64,000 nucleotides of DNA from positions 13,082,001 to 13,146,000 of the forward strand of contig NC_043023.1 in NCBI RefSeq assembly GCF_006345805.1. Reading direction: 5' to 3'. Below, in pieces: positions 13,459-25,204 of the stretch. The stretch comes from Octopus sinensis (Eukaryota). Under the pieces are notes generated by a model, which had not been told where the DNA came from, searched no databases, and saw only the letters and a program-made list of their open reading frames with translations. Position 1 is the first letter of the stretch, and each line of letters opens with the position of its first letter. The position numbers and the translations under genes were made by a program.

Positions 13459-13696
13459 CAGATATAAATTACGATGGTACTCGCTAGCTAGTCGTGACGA
13501 GTCGATCCTTACTGTTTGTGTTTTATTTACTTAGTTTTAAAAAATCCTTTACTTCGGGATTTTGTGTTTTATTTACTTTGTGTAAAAAAAATATTTATTT
13601 TGTGTTTTATTTACTTTGCTAGGTAGTCGTTGTGGGATCGACTAGATAGCGCGAGTGCGCGCACCGGAACCATCTTCTTAAATATTTACTATTACG

Positions 13697-13754
<58 letters not shown>

Positions 13755-13985
13755 AGAGTCGAACTAGAGACAGCTGATGAAGGGGATTTTTCCTTGTGTA
13801 GTATGTCCTGTACTCTGTTTTTCTGTTGTAAAAAAATGGTTTTTCCGTTTTCGTTTCTCGTTGAGTTCTACGTCTATTTGTGGTGTCCTGTACTCACGTA
13901 TATATATTTATATATGCATGTATATATACATGTAGATGTAGGTACGTACATGTATGTTTGTATGTATGCATATATTTTATTATTA

Positions 13986-14024
<39 letters not shown>

Positions 14025-14127
14025 CGATAGAATTTTCAGATTTTTCTGTATGCTAGCTATTGGTTTTCAGTGATGTTAATTAAATTAATATTCAATTTAT
14101 CACCCTCATTATTAAATTATATTACGA

Positions 14128-14259
14128 TTATATATATATATACCTATATATCTATATATATATATACCTATATATATATATACATATATATATATTATAT
14201 ATATATATATACATAATATATATATATATATATATATATATACATTATATATATATACC

Positions 14260-14301
<42 letters not shown>

Positions 14302-14370
14302 TAATATATATATATCCCTATATACCTATATATACCTATATACCTATATATAATATATTATATATATATA

Positions 14371-14409
<39 letters not shown>

Positions 14410-14525
14410 ATATATATATATATATATACATATATATAATATATATATATATACCTATATATATATATATATATTACATATATATATATATATATTATAC
14501 CTATATATATATATATATATACCTA

Positions 14526-14565
<40 letters not shown>

Positions 14566-14598
14566 CAATATATATATTATACATATTATATATATATA

Positions 14599-14643
<45 letters not shown>

Positions 14644-14644
14644 C

Positions 14645-14701
<57 letters not shown>

Positions 14702-14728
14702 ATACCTATATATATATATATATATACC

Positions 14729-14759
<31 letters not shown>

Positions 14760-14875
14760 ATATATATATTATATATATTATATATAACCATATATATATT
14801 TATATATATATATAACCATATATATATTATATATATATATAACCATATATATATTTATCTATATATATATATAAC
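14128..14875. repeat. Long imperfect (TA)n tract
   Basis: Direct reading. Confidence 0.95.
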
Positions 14876-15339
14876 AATATAAAGTTAACTTTTTTTAGAA
14901 GCGTTGAGAGATGTATTGAAATATAAAGACATGGAAATGATTTATTCTCAAACGTAGAATAATGCTGAATCGCATAAAAAGGATAGAATATCCATATATT
15001 GAAGGAAAATTTGTCAGCGGTGAGACAGGTGCTCGAACTTACATTTCTGAGATTACCGTGTGCGTGTAGTTCTGGAACAGTTTTGCCCTTTCAAGTCCAT
15101 ACATCGCGGGAAAAAGGGAAAAAAATAAGGTACCAAAGAGTTAGGGACCGAAACTGTTATGAAAGGATCCCGTAAATTTGCAAGGCCGTCTTCGTTTCGT
15201 TTCGTTCCAAAATAATAATTTCTGATTTATGAAAGAAACAAAATATTAATTAACAGGAAATTACTGTTTTTTCCTTTTCTTTCGAGACATGGGACATCGA
15301 GAGACCTTTTTTCGCTTAGATGTGTATATAGTATCTTAC

Positions 15340-15510
15340 CTGTTATCGATATGAAAGCCAGTATTTCCAGTGAAATCGTTTAAATAACAATAAACGTCCT
15401 TCCAAGAAACTCAAAACACAAACCATAAGATCGTATTATTTATTGAGTGAAATTTTGATTTGAAAAGAAAGAAATTTAAAAAAACCGACTCGGAAACGAC
15501 GAAATGCATT
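15340..15510 (-). other. Putative non-coding first exon of A2
   Basis: Donor CAG|GTAAG at 15340/15339; homologous to 3779-3950. Confidence 0.6.
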
Positions 15511-15529
15511 AAGGCTTGCTATCTATCCA

Positions 15530-15970
15530 TCTGTTTTCGCTCAATAAACACATACAACGCCCGGTCTGGGAATCGAAACCGCGATCCTCTGACCGCGAGT
15601 CCACTGCCCTAACCATTGGGCCATTGTGCCTCCACTCCACCCTTTTCAAGCCTAGCTAGGCTCATGGGCCCGGTTTCTGTGGCGTATGTGTTCCCCCCAG
15701 CTGGACGGGATGTCAGTCCATCACAGCGTTACTCAAGAAACAGGAAGAAAGAGAAAGAGAGAAAGTTGGGGCGAAAGAGTACAACAGGGGTCACAACCAC
15801 CACCCCCTGCCGGAGCCTCGTGGAACTTTTAGGTGTTTTCGCTCAATAAACACTAACAACGCCCGGTCTGGGAATTGAAACCGCGATCCTCCGACTGCGA
15901 GTCCGCTGTCCTAAGCACTGGGCCCTCGCGCCTCCACTCCGCCCTTTTCAAGCCTAGCCAAGTATATAAG
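15530..15970 (-). mobile_element. tRNA-derived SINE family 4 (head GGAGGCGCAATGGCCCAGTGGTTAGG), tandem fragments
   Basis: A box TGGCCCAGTGG and B box GTTTCGATTCC on the minus strand; matches the 26819 copy. Confidence 0.7.
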
Positions 15971-16133
15971 TACACATACATTAATACATACGTGCACCGA
16001 CCAGGCTATCAGATGTTGCTACACATCGCTGGTCACAATGCGCTTCGCATTGTTTTAGCCTTTAAACGATGCCATCCCGCTGGCTAAGCGAGCAGGCCAA
16101 CAGAAGAAAGAGTACAGCAGGGATCACCACCAC

Positions 16134-16233
16134 NNNNNNNNNNNNNNNNNNNNNNNNNNNNNNNNNNNNNNNNNNNNNNNNNNNNNNNNNNNNNNNNNNN
16201 NNNNNNNNNNNNNNNNNNNNNNNNNNNNNNNNN
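16134..16233. other. Assembly gap (100 N)
   Basis: Run of N; contiguity across it is not guaranteed. Confidence 1.
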
Positions 16234-16399
16234 AGTATAGCCGGCGTTGCTTGGGTTTGTGTTTAAGTTGTGCTTAAAACGGCAGACTTTGATGTCGCAT
16301 TAACAAAGTTTTGACACAGTTTCAACCTATGAACAAAAGTATAGAGTGGCGATGCTCGAGTTTGCTCTGAATGTGCTGCAAATGTGTAATGCCGACTTC

Positions 16400-16976
16400 A
16401 CTTGTTGGTTAATATTCCTTGTGACTAGTTAAATGGCTATTTCTAAAAAATGTTTTACCACAGATATGAAAGTGATAAGGTTTACCCTCAGTAAGAATAC
16501 GTAAGTGATAAGTCAACTGACTATTATAAAAGAAGGATTTACCACAGATATCACAATGGTATGGTTTTCACCCCAGTATGAATACTTTAGTGATTTATCA
16601 AATTACTCCTTTGAGAGAATGATTTACCGCAGATATCACACTGATATGGATTTTCTCCTGTATGTGTACGTTTGTGCAGAGTCAAGTAACTCCTTTGAGA
16701 GAATGATTTACCGCAGATATCACAATGAAATGGCTTTTCTCCTGTATGTGTACGCTTGTGTTTAGTCAAGTAACTCCTTTGAGAGAATGATTTACCACAA
16801 ATATCACAATGATATGCCTTCTCTCCTGTATCAATGCATTTGTGTTTGGTTAAGACTCCTTCTTCAGTAAATGATTTACCACAGACATCACAGTGATATG
16901 GCTTCTCACCTGAATCAGGTTTGTTTGGTTTTCTTAAATCATTCATTATAAGATAATAATTTCTCATACGTATCAC
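16400..16976 (-). pseudogene. Subfamily B C2H2 gene B1, truncated (ORF 16587-16976, ~4 fingers, then stop and frameshifted fingers)
   Basis: [12 protein letters not shown]-terminus; in-frame TAA inside a finger; decayed fingers to ~16400; acceptor at 17362. Confidence 0.8.
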
Positions 16977-17589
16977 AATGATAATGATTTTTTCAATTCT
17001 ATGAATATATCTGTGTTCAGTTGTGTCAGTATTTTCAGAGAATAATTTAACACTGTGTTTCTTTCATCTGTGTTCTTGCTTAACATCTAAAACGGCAGAT
17101 GTAAACAGTTAAAACTTTTGTAAATTTATCCAAGCTTAATTAACCAAGCAATCACCTTCTCTACATTCCAAACAGCGAAGAAAACAAAAATGTTGCTCTT
17201 AATTCCATCGTAGAAGAAATATTTTCTTATCGTTTGTTGTTGATATATTGATGAATGTGCCTCAGAAATATATGGTCTTCCTTTAATTGATGAAAGTCAA
17301 TCAAAATATCAGAGGCATGTCTAAATGTAGAGATTTCTTTAACATCAACATGATGTGATATTCTGAAATAGAAAAAAAGAAGCAGTGAGATAAAGAGAAT
17401 GATTAAACGACATAGTAATTCAACATTGCAAATCTTACAATATCAACACTGTCATCATTTAATGTCTATGTTTGCATGGGTCAGAATTCACTGAGGCTTT
17501 GAAAGTTTTACATCATTCTGTACATAGATGAAGCGTTTCTACATTTCTCTAAATTCTTACCTGTTTTCCTCCATTACCTTTTTTCTTTG

Positions 17590-17762
17590 GCATGAAACCA
17601 CCTCAATTCTGGGAAGAGGGTATTTTCAAGTTAAAGGAAAGATGGAGACGCATAGTGCAACAAAACGGTTCATATTTGGTTGATTAAAATGTATTGGCAA
17701 GTATTTATTGACCTTTTTCTTTCCTTCAAAAATCGGCACGAACTCTCCAGACAACCCCATAC
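17590..17762 (+). mobile_element. mariner 3' fragment (also at ~20170-20340, 35020-35100, 37477-37650 and 48740-48915)
   Basis: Encodes FWEEGIFKLKERWRRIVQQNGSYLVD*, like a mariner transposase C-terminus, followed by a TIR-like end GCACGAACTTTCCGGACAACCCAATA. Confidence 0.7.
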
Positions 17763-17904
17763 ATATGCAATTCTATGATATACTAGCAGAATCGTTTACA
17801 TGCCGAACAAAATGCATAACAGCATTTCGTCCGTCTACACTCTAAAAGTTCAAATCCCATCAAGGTCGAATTTGTATACACTTATTTTAGTTATGAGACT
17901 GACA

Positions 17905-17952
<48 letters not shown>

Positions 17953-18727
17953 CAAATTAAATACACAACTGAAAGAGCTACTACTTGTTTCATACTGTTA
18001 CGATACTTGAACAGGAATATTAATAGAATATGCCGCGTATCTTAGGGGCATACACCCAAAGAAACCAAGCTAAATCTGAGTGGAACCTGGAGCAGTGCTC
18101 TGGTTTGACAGAAACTGTCACACTTGCCCACCCAAGACTGCAAGGAAAATGGATGTTAGAGGATGATGATGATGATGATGAGGAAAAAAGCACAACAAAG
18201 AGAAAATCAATGTCACTTAAAACTTTTATTCCTTATTCCCATTCCTTTATTCTCTCATAACAAAATCCTCAAAAGTCCAGCACAATCATCTTCAGAAACC
18301 AAAGTCATCTCTGTGTTGATATATTTAGATATATAAATGATATTGAAGTTGTGATTCATGAATTTCATGTTGACATCCAAGAAACTGAAGTTGATAATGT
18401 CAAGCTTGAAGAGGAATAAACCCTGTCTTTTAGCAGACAAAATATTCATAATTGTTGTCATGGTGTAATAAATTTTAATACTGATACAGTTACACTTGTG
18501 TATGAATACTCAAATGTGTACTGAAGTGGCCTTTTTGAGAGAATGATTTACCACAGATATTACAATGATATGGCTTTTCTCCTGTATGAATACATTTGTG
18601 ACTAGATAAAATGTTATTTTGAGAAAATGATTCACTACAAACATCACACTGATATGGTTTTTACCCAGTATGAATATGTTTGTGACTAGTCAAGGTCCAA
18701 CTTGTAGATAATGATTTACCAGAAATC

Positions 18728-19570
18728 TCAGTGATATGGTTTCTCACCTGTATGAATACGTTTGTGACGAATTAAAGAGCTATTATGAGAAAATGATTCA
18801 CCACAGATATCACAATGATATGGTTTTTCCCCAGTATGGATACGTTTATGTTTAGTCAAGTCACTATTACGAGAAAATGATTTACCACAGATATCACAAT
18901 GATATGGTTTTTCTCCAGTATGAACATGTTTGTGACTGGTCAAGTTACTATTTCTAGAGAATGATTTATCACAGATATCACAATGATATGGCTTCTCACC
19001 TGTATGAACACGTTTGTGATAAGTTAAAGAGCTATTATCAGAAAATGATTCACCACAGATGTCACAATGATATGGTTTTTCTCCCGTATGTGTACGTTTG
19101 TGTTGAAACAATTCACCACTTTGAGAGAATGATTTACCACAGATATTGCAATGATATGGCTTCTCTCCTGTATGTGTACGTACGTGACTAGTCAAATGAC
19201 TATTTCTAGAGAATGATTTACCACAGATATTACAATGATATGCTTTCTCCCCTGTATGTGTACGTACGTGACTAGTCAAGGATCTACTTTGAGAAAATGA
19301 TTCACCACAGATATCACAACGATATGGTCTTTCCCCAGTATGAATACGGTTGTGACTAGTCAAGTGACAATTTTGGGAAAATGATTTACCACAGACATCA
19401 CAGTGATATGGTTTCTCTCCTGTATCAATGCATTTGTGTTTGGTTAAGACTCCTTCTTCAGTAAATGATTTACCACAGACATCACAGCGATATGGCCTCT
19501 CACCTGAATCAGGTTTGTTTGGTTTTCTTAAATCATTCATTATAAGATAATAATTTCTCATACGTATCAC
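18728..19570 (-). CDS. C2H2 protein B2, about 9 fingers; premature TGA replaces a Cys, with decayed fingers to the ancestral HTQV stop at ~18491
   Basis: ORF track; acceptor at 19956; first ATG at ~19561. Confidence 0.85.
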   Translation of the reverse strand: MIRMRNYYLIMNDLRKPNKPDSGERPYRCDVCGKSFTEEGVLTKHKCIDTGEKPYHCDVCGKSFSQNCHLTSHNRIHTGERPYRCDICGESFSQSRSLTSHVRTHTGEKAYHCNICGKSFSRNSHLTSHVRTHTGEKPYHCNICGKSFSQSGELFQHKRTHTGEKPYHCDICGESFSDNSSLTYHKRVHTGEKPYHCDICDKSFSRNSNLTSHKHVHTGEKPYHCDICGKSFSRNSDLTKHKRIHTGEKPYHCDICGESFSHNSSLIRHKRIHTGEKPYH

Positions 19571-20863
19571 AATGATAATGATTTTTTCAATTCTATGAAT
19601 ATATCTGTGTTCAGTTGTGTCAGTATTTTCAGAGAATAATTTAACACTGTGTTTCTTTCATCTGTGTTCTTGCTTAACATCTAAAACGGCAGATGTAAAC
19701 AGTTAAAACTTTTGTAAATTTATCCAAGCTTAATTAACCAAGCAATCACCTTCTCTACATTCCAAACAGCGAAGACAACAAAAATGTTGCTCTTAATTCC
19801 ATCATAGAAGAAATATTTTCTCATCGTTTATCGTTGATGCATTGATGAATGTGCCTTATGAATATATGGTCTTCCTTTAATTGATGAAAGTCAATCAAAA
19901 TATCAGAGGCATGTCTAAATGAAGAGATTTCTTTAACGTCAACGTGATGTGATATTCTGAAATAGAAAAAAAGAAGCAGTGAGATAAAGAGAATGATTAA
20001 ACGACATAGTAATTCAACATTGCAAATCTTACAACATCAACACTGTCATCCATTTAATGCCTATGTTTTCAGGGGTCAGAATTCACTGAGGCTTTGAAAG
20101 TTTTACAACTTTCTGTACATAGATGAAGCGTTTCTACATTTCTCTAAATTCTTACCTGTTTTCTTTGGCATGAAACCACCTCAATTCTGGGAAGAGGGTA
20201 TTTTCAAGTTAAAGGAAAGATGGAGACGCATTGTGCAACTAAACGATTCATATTTGGTTGATTAAAAATGTATTGGCAAGTATTTATTGACCTTTTTCTT
20301 TCCTTCAAAAACGGGCACGAACTTTCCGGACAACCCAACACATATATAATTCTATGATATACTTGCAGAATCGTTCACATGCCGAACAAAATGCATAACA
20401 GCATTTCGTCCGTCTACACTCTAAAAGTTCGAATCCCATCGAGGTAGAATTTGGCTTTCATCCTTTCGAGGTAAAAACAAACAAGAAACATTAGCGCACG
20501 TTGTTCCATGGAAGCGACGTCCGCTTCTCCCGCCAATTTTCTGAACTTGTGTCTAAAGTACAAAAGATTATTGTCATCAACATGTGGGATGACGTCAGCA
20601 GCGGGGTGCGTTGACCGGAAGCTGGGGCAAGCGGAAGGGGTCAGCCATCAAGTGTGCGCAGGGGGCGGAAGTTGACCTTTTCCAACGTGGGTTGTGCTGG
20701 CGACAAGACGTGCGAGGAAGTCGCTAAAGGGTTTGGGGCTAGCAGCTGCTATTGTCAGTGTTCGGGTAGGGCTGTGAGGAAGGACCAGCCATCTCTGGAG
20801 GATCTCCGTCACCACGAAGAGAAGGTAGGTGCCTCTATATTCAAATCGCACACACTCACTACA

Positions 20864-20875
20864 AGCTATTTCGGC
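20864..20875 (+). promoter_or_regulatory. Atypical primer-binding site AGCTATTTCGGC, complementary to nt 1-12 of tRNA-Phe(GAA)
   Basis: Abuts the 5' LTR end; reverse complement GCCGAAATAGCT. Confidence 0.6.
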
Positions 20876-20908
20876 AGTTCGTAAACATTCACATTTTTTT
20901 TCAACACG

Positions 20909-21673
20909 ATGTCTGCAAAAATTAGGATCGCCAGTGACGTCGTCAGACCTTTTAACGGCGAAGGCGATGTAGTGGCCTGGATTCAGAAAATCAGGCTGGT
21001 GGCGAGACTGCAGGGCATAAGCGACGTGGCGAGTCTTATGGCGCTGTATTTGGAAGGGAGTGTGTTGTCGCTTTACCTAGAGATGGATGAAGAAGAACGG
21101 CTCTGCGATGGGAATATAGAGCGGCGCTTGTGTGACGCATACACGGAATGCGAGTACACAGCTTTCGCTAAGCTGGGTGCAATCAGGTGGACGGAAAGCC
21201 AGGTGGATGATTTTGCATCGGAAGCTAGAAGGCTAGCGACTCTGGCCGAGTTTGCCGGAGAAGGACTGGAGAGAGCAGCCCGACTGGCGTTCGTGAATGG
21301 GTTCCCCGACGATGTAGGGATTCACCTACAACGACTGCCCGGGGTCAAAAAGATGCCATTGAGCGAACTTGTAACACATGCTCGCGCGTTGACAAGACAC
21401 TCTGGGCGGAAGGCGATAGCGATGGCGGTGACGGAGGCGCGTAAAGATGGACGACGTCCCGAGAAAGAGGTACAGAAGCCCACCGTGCAACGAGAGCGGC
21501 CGTTCTCAGGACGGTGTTTTAGATGCCAGGGACCGCACATGGCGCGGGACTGTACGCAGCCGGGGCCTGTTTGCTATCGATGCAGGCAGACAGGGCACAT
21601 TGCCCGTGATTGCGGCCAGGGAAACGACCGCGGGGAAGTTGCTGCCTCTCGAACTTTCCCCTCAAACGAGTAG
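20909..21673 (+). CDS. gag: Gag with two CCHC zinc knuckles
   Basis: CFRCQGPHMARDC and CYRCRQTGHIARDC. Confidence 0.9.
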   Translation: MSAKIRIASDVVRPFNGEGDVVAWIQKIRLVARLQGISDVASLMALYLEGSVLSLYLEMDEEERLCDGNIERRLCDAYTECEYTAFAKLGAIRWTESQVDDFASEARRLATLAEFAGEGLERAARLAFVNGFPDDVGIHLQRLPGVKKMPLSELVTHARALTRHSGRKAIAMAVTEARKDGRRPEKEVQKPTVQRERPFSGRCFRCQGPHMARDCTQPGPVCYRCRQTGHIARDCGQGNDRGEVAASRTFPSNE

Positions 21674-24486
21674 AGGCGCTATTGGAGACGCTGCCATTTA
21701 TTGACGTGGAGGCCGAGGGTGAGACATTCAAGGCCCTTGTGGATACGGGCTGTACGACCACCCTGGTGACTTCGAGGGTGACGAAGGAATGGAACGGGGT
21801 GTGTAGTGTCCGGGCGGTCGACGGCAGCGAAATCCGTTGCAGAGGCAGCAGCAAGGTAGAGATAGTGGTGCGCGGTGCGACGCTAAGGCTACAGGCAATT
21901 GTGGCCGAACGCGTGATAAATGGAGTTGATGTGGTGATGGGGATGGACGCCATCAACTGCCTCGGTGGCGTCAGTGTTGTGGGAAATGAGGTCACGTTCG
22001 GAAGCGTGGGGGCGTCGTGCACTGCGAGTCAGGATCGCCAGAGGGAGCAGAGCCCCGCGAGGGACTGCGCTGCTTACACCATCGAGGACAAAGACTTTCA
22101 GGCGGCGTTCGATGGTCAGCAGTGGACGATAGAGTGGAAATAGAAGGACGAGCCCCCGACACTGGAGAACAGGGTGAGCTGTTACCAGCATACCCTGAAA
22201 GGCCAAGCCAGGGTTGAGTTTGAAGACGAGGTGGATCGAGGAAGGGGTCCTTGTCCCTTGGAAGGAGGAGGTAGCGGGCGGAGTGCTACCCCTGATGGCG
22301 GTGGTGCAGCCTACGAAGGGAAAAGTCAGACCGGTGCTGGACTTCAGGGAGCTAAACCAGCACATATCGTGTCACACGGGAGGTGAGGCGACAGACGTTT
22401 GTGGTGAGGCATTACGTAAGTGGAGACAGTCGACTGAGGTAGCGACGATTGTCGACTTGAGATCGGCATACTTGCAGCTCCATGTGAGCGACAAACTATG
22501 GTGATATCAGCTGGTGCGGTACAAGGGCCGGACGTACTGTCTAACCAGGCTGGGTTTCGGGCTGAATTCCACTCCGAAGATCATGGCGGCAGTGCTTAGG
22601 TCCGTCCTAGGGAAAGACGGCAAGATTAGAAAGGCCACCAGCTCCTACATTGATGACATTTTGGTGGACGAAACTGTAGTGCCAGCCGACGAGGTAGTGA
22701 GACATCTGGAGAAGTTCGGACTGATTGCTAAGCCACCGGAGTCGATTGAAGGGGGAGCCGCGCTGGGGCTGAAGCTGCGAAGAGATAGATCAGGTGAATT
22801 GGTGTTCCAGAGAGGAAATGAAATCCCAGAGCTGAGTTCCAGCGTCAGCAGGAGAGAGCTGTTCTCGGTGTGTGGGAAGTTGGTCGGTCACTACCCGATC
22901 GCTGGATGGCTGCGCACGGCGTGTAGTTACACCAAGAGACGAGCAGAAGGAGAGAGGTGGGACGACAAGGTGGGAGAAGGGACGGTGGCGATGATGCAGG
23001 AGATCCTAGAGAGGACAAGAGCGGAAGACCCGGTCAGGGGGAACTGGTACGTGCCCAAGACGAAATGCGGGACCGTCTGGTGTGATGCTAGCAGTATAGC
23101 GATAGGGGTGGTGTTGGCAATCGAAGGCACTGCGGTGGAGGCCTGGCTTCGGAAAGCAGATGATTTCAACCACATCAATGTCGCCGAATTAGACGCGCTG
23201 CTGAAAGGGGTGAACTTGGCCTTGAAATGGGGGCTGCGCACGATTGAAATGCGGATGGATTCGGCCACTGTGCTTGGCTGGGTAGGATCGCTGATCACCG
23301 GTGACAGGAGAGTGCGGACGAAAGGTGCTGCGGAGATGTTAGTGAAGCGCCGTCTAGGAGTTCTAGGTGAATTGATCGCCGAATTCGGACTGAAGCTGAA
23401 CGTGGTCTTCGTGCCTTTGGAGAAAAACAAGGCGGACGTACTGACCAGGGTAAAAAGGGCGTGGTTGGAAGAACCGGAGGAGGCTCGGAAAGGGATAGCT
23501 GTGGCGTGTCAGTTGGATGACTCTGAACTGAAGAAACTGCACGCTATGCCTCACCTGGGTGTGGACAGGACCCTGTATCTGGCAAAAAAAAAAAAAAAAA
23601 AATTGATGCTGACGTCACCAGGAGAAGCGTCCGGAAGGTGGTCGGGAGCTGCGACAGGTGTCAGTCCATCGACCCTGCTCCATGTGGGCATGAACAGGGA
23701 AGCCTTTCCGTGGAGCAGAACTGGAAAAGGCTAGCTGTGGATGTGACACACTACCGTCAGCGAATGTACCTCTCCATGGTCGACTGTGGGCCGGGCCGGC
23801 TGGCCATTTGGAGGGAGTTGACATCGGGCATTGCTGACGAGATCGTGCAGATCCTGAACGGGATATTTTTAGAGAGAGGTCCCGTGGAAGAACTACTGAT
23901 GGACAACGGGGCGGCGTTTCGTTCGGAAGCATTGAGGGTTATGCTTGATCGGTGGAACGTGCGACGCTTGTTCAGAGCAGCGTATAGGCCGGGCGGTAAT
24001 GGGATCGTGGAGAGGCACCATCGAACAGTCAAGGCCATAGCGGAAAGAGGGCACATTTCGCCGCTTGAAGCAGTTTTTTAGTACAACTTGTCTCCCCGAT
24101 CCGGACAGGCTGAGGAATCTGTGCCGCAGAGAGCTGTGTTCAAATATGAATGGAGGCACCCGAGCAAAGCGCCGGAGGGTCACGAGGAAGAGAAGGGATC
24201 CGTTCGCGTGAAAATAGGGGAGGAAGTCTGGGTCAAGCCACCAAAGGCGTGCTGTACGTCTCAATGGAGCAGAGGAACGGTGACGGCGATCAATTCCAGA
24301 AGCAACGTATCCGTAGATGGCACACCACGACATGTCTTGGACCTTCGCAGGATTGTTGCTTCGACGGACGATGATTCGGGAGAGGGGGAGAACGAGGAGC
24401 CCAGCTTGAAAAGATCTCGATGAGCAAGGCGCTCTCCCGGTTGGATGGTAGACTACAACATGGAGCGGAGAGATTGTGATCTTTAA
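21610..24486 (+). pseudogene. pol: Disrupted pol (protease, RT, RNase H, integrase)
   Basis: ALVDTG; YIDD; CDAS...AEL..D..NKAD; H..H..CDRC and D-D-E. Stops at 22141, 22502, 24079 and 24421; frameshifts at ~22230 and at an A-run (23584-23602). Confidence 0.9.
21619..21661 (+). promoter_or_regulatory. -1 ribosomal frameshift signal (G GGA AAC plus hairpin)
   Basis: Heptamer in the gag frame at 21619-21625, 6-nt spacer, stem GGGGAAGTT/AACTTTCCCC; pol lies in the -1 frame. Confidence 0.8.
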
Positions 24487-25204
24487 AATCAGGGTGGCGT
24501 GTGGGATGACGTCAGCAGCGGGGTGCGTTGACTGGAAGCTGGGGCAAGCGGAAGGGGTCAGCCGTCAAGCGTGCGCAGGGGGCGGAAGTTGACCTTTACC
24601 AACGTGGGTCGTGCTGGCGACAAGACGTGCGAGGAAGTCGCTAAAGGGTTTGGGGCTAGCAGCTGCTATTGTTAGTGTTCGGGTAGGGCTGTGAGGAAGG
24701 ACCAGCCATCTCTGGAGGATCTCCGTCACCACGAAGAGAAGGTAGGTGCCTCTATATTCAAATCGCACACACTCACTACAATCAACACTATTATTATTAA
24801 TAGTATTAGTATTAGTATTATTATTATAGCGACCTCGAAACGAAGGAAAGTAAATGTCGACCCAAGCGGAAACTCCTGACTGCAAATACGGCCGAGCTCG
24901 ACTTTGCCTTTCATCCCTTTCGGGAAATACTGGGTTCCATATATTTGACTCCGTGCTCCCCTCAAACACTGCAGGCCTCAGCAAAATTATTAATATAACC
25001 TCTTAAACAACAGAACGTTAATTAATATGGTATTCTTCAATCGATTTCCCCTCATTTTACTAATTAATCAATTAATTAAACTGTTTTACTAGCATTTTAT
25101 CAATTAATTTACTTTATATCCCATGTAACGGTGGTTCATAGGTGTTCATAAACAACCGATCATCATTTCAGTTTAGAAGTTGTTATTTTAGTCCAGAAAA
25201 TATA

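Larger units (their letters stand above)
20583..24780 (+). mobile_element. Full-length Ty3/Gypsy LTR retrotransposon (4198 bp), coding-defective
   Basis: 281-bp LTRs TG...CA at 20583-20863 and 24500-24780 with 6 substitutions; order gag-PR-RT-RH-INT; purine-rich tract before the 3' LTR; empty site in paralogs (35336, 49167). Confidence 0.95.

Noticed and set aside
13770-13800. CAGCTGATGAAGGGG hammerhead-like start
   Set aside because: The second half of the core is missing.
22927-23430. 167-aa antisense ORF in the Gypsy pol
   Set aside because: Expected by chance in GC-rich coding DNA; no recognisable motif.
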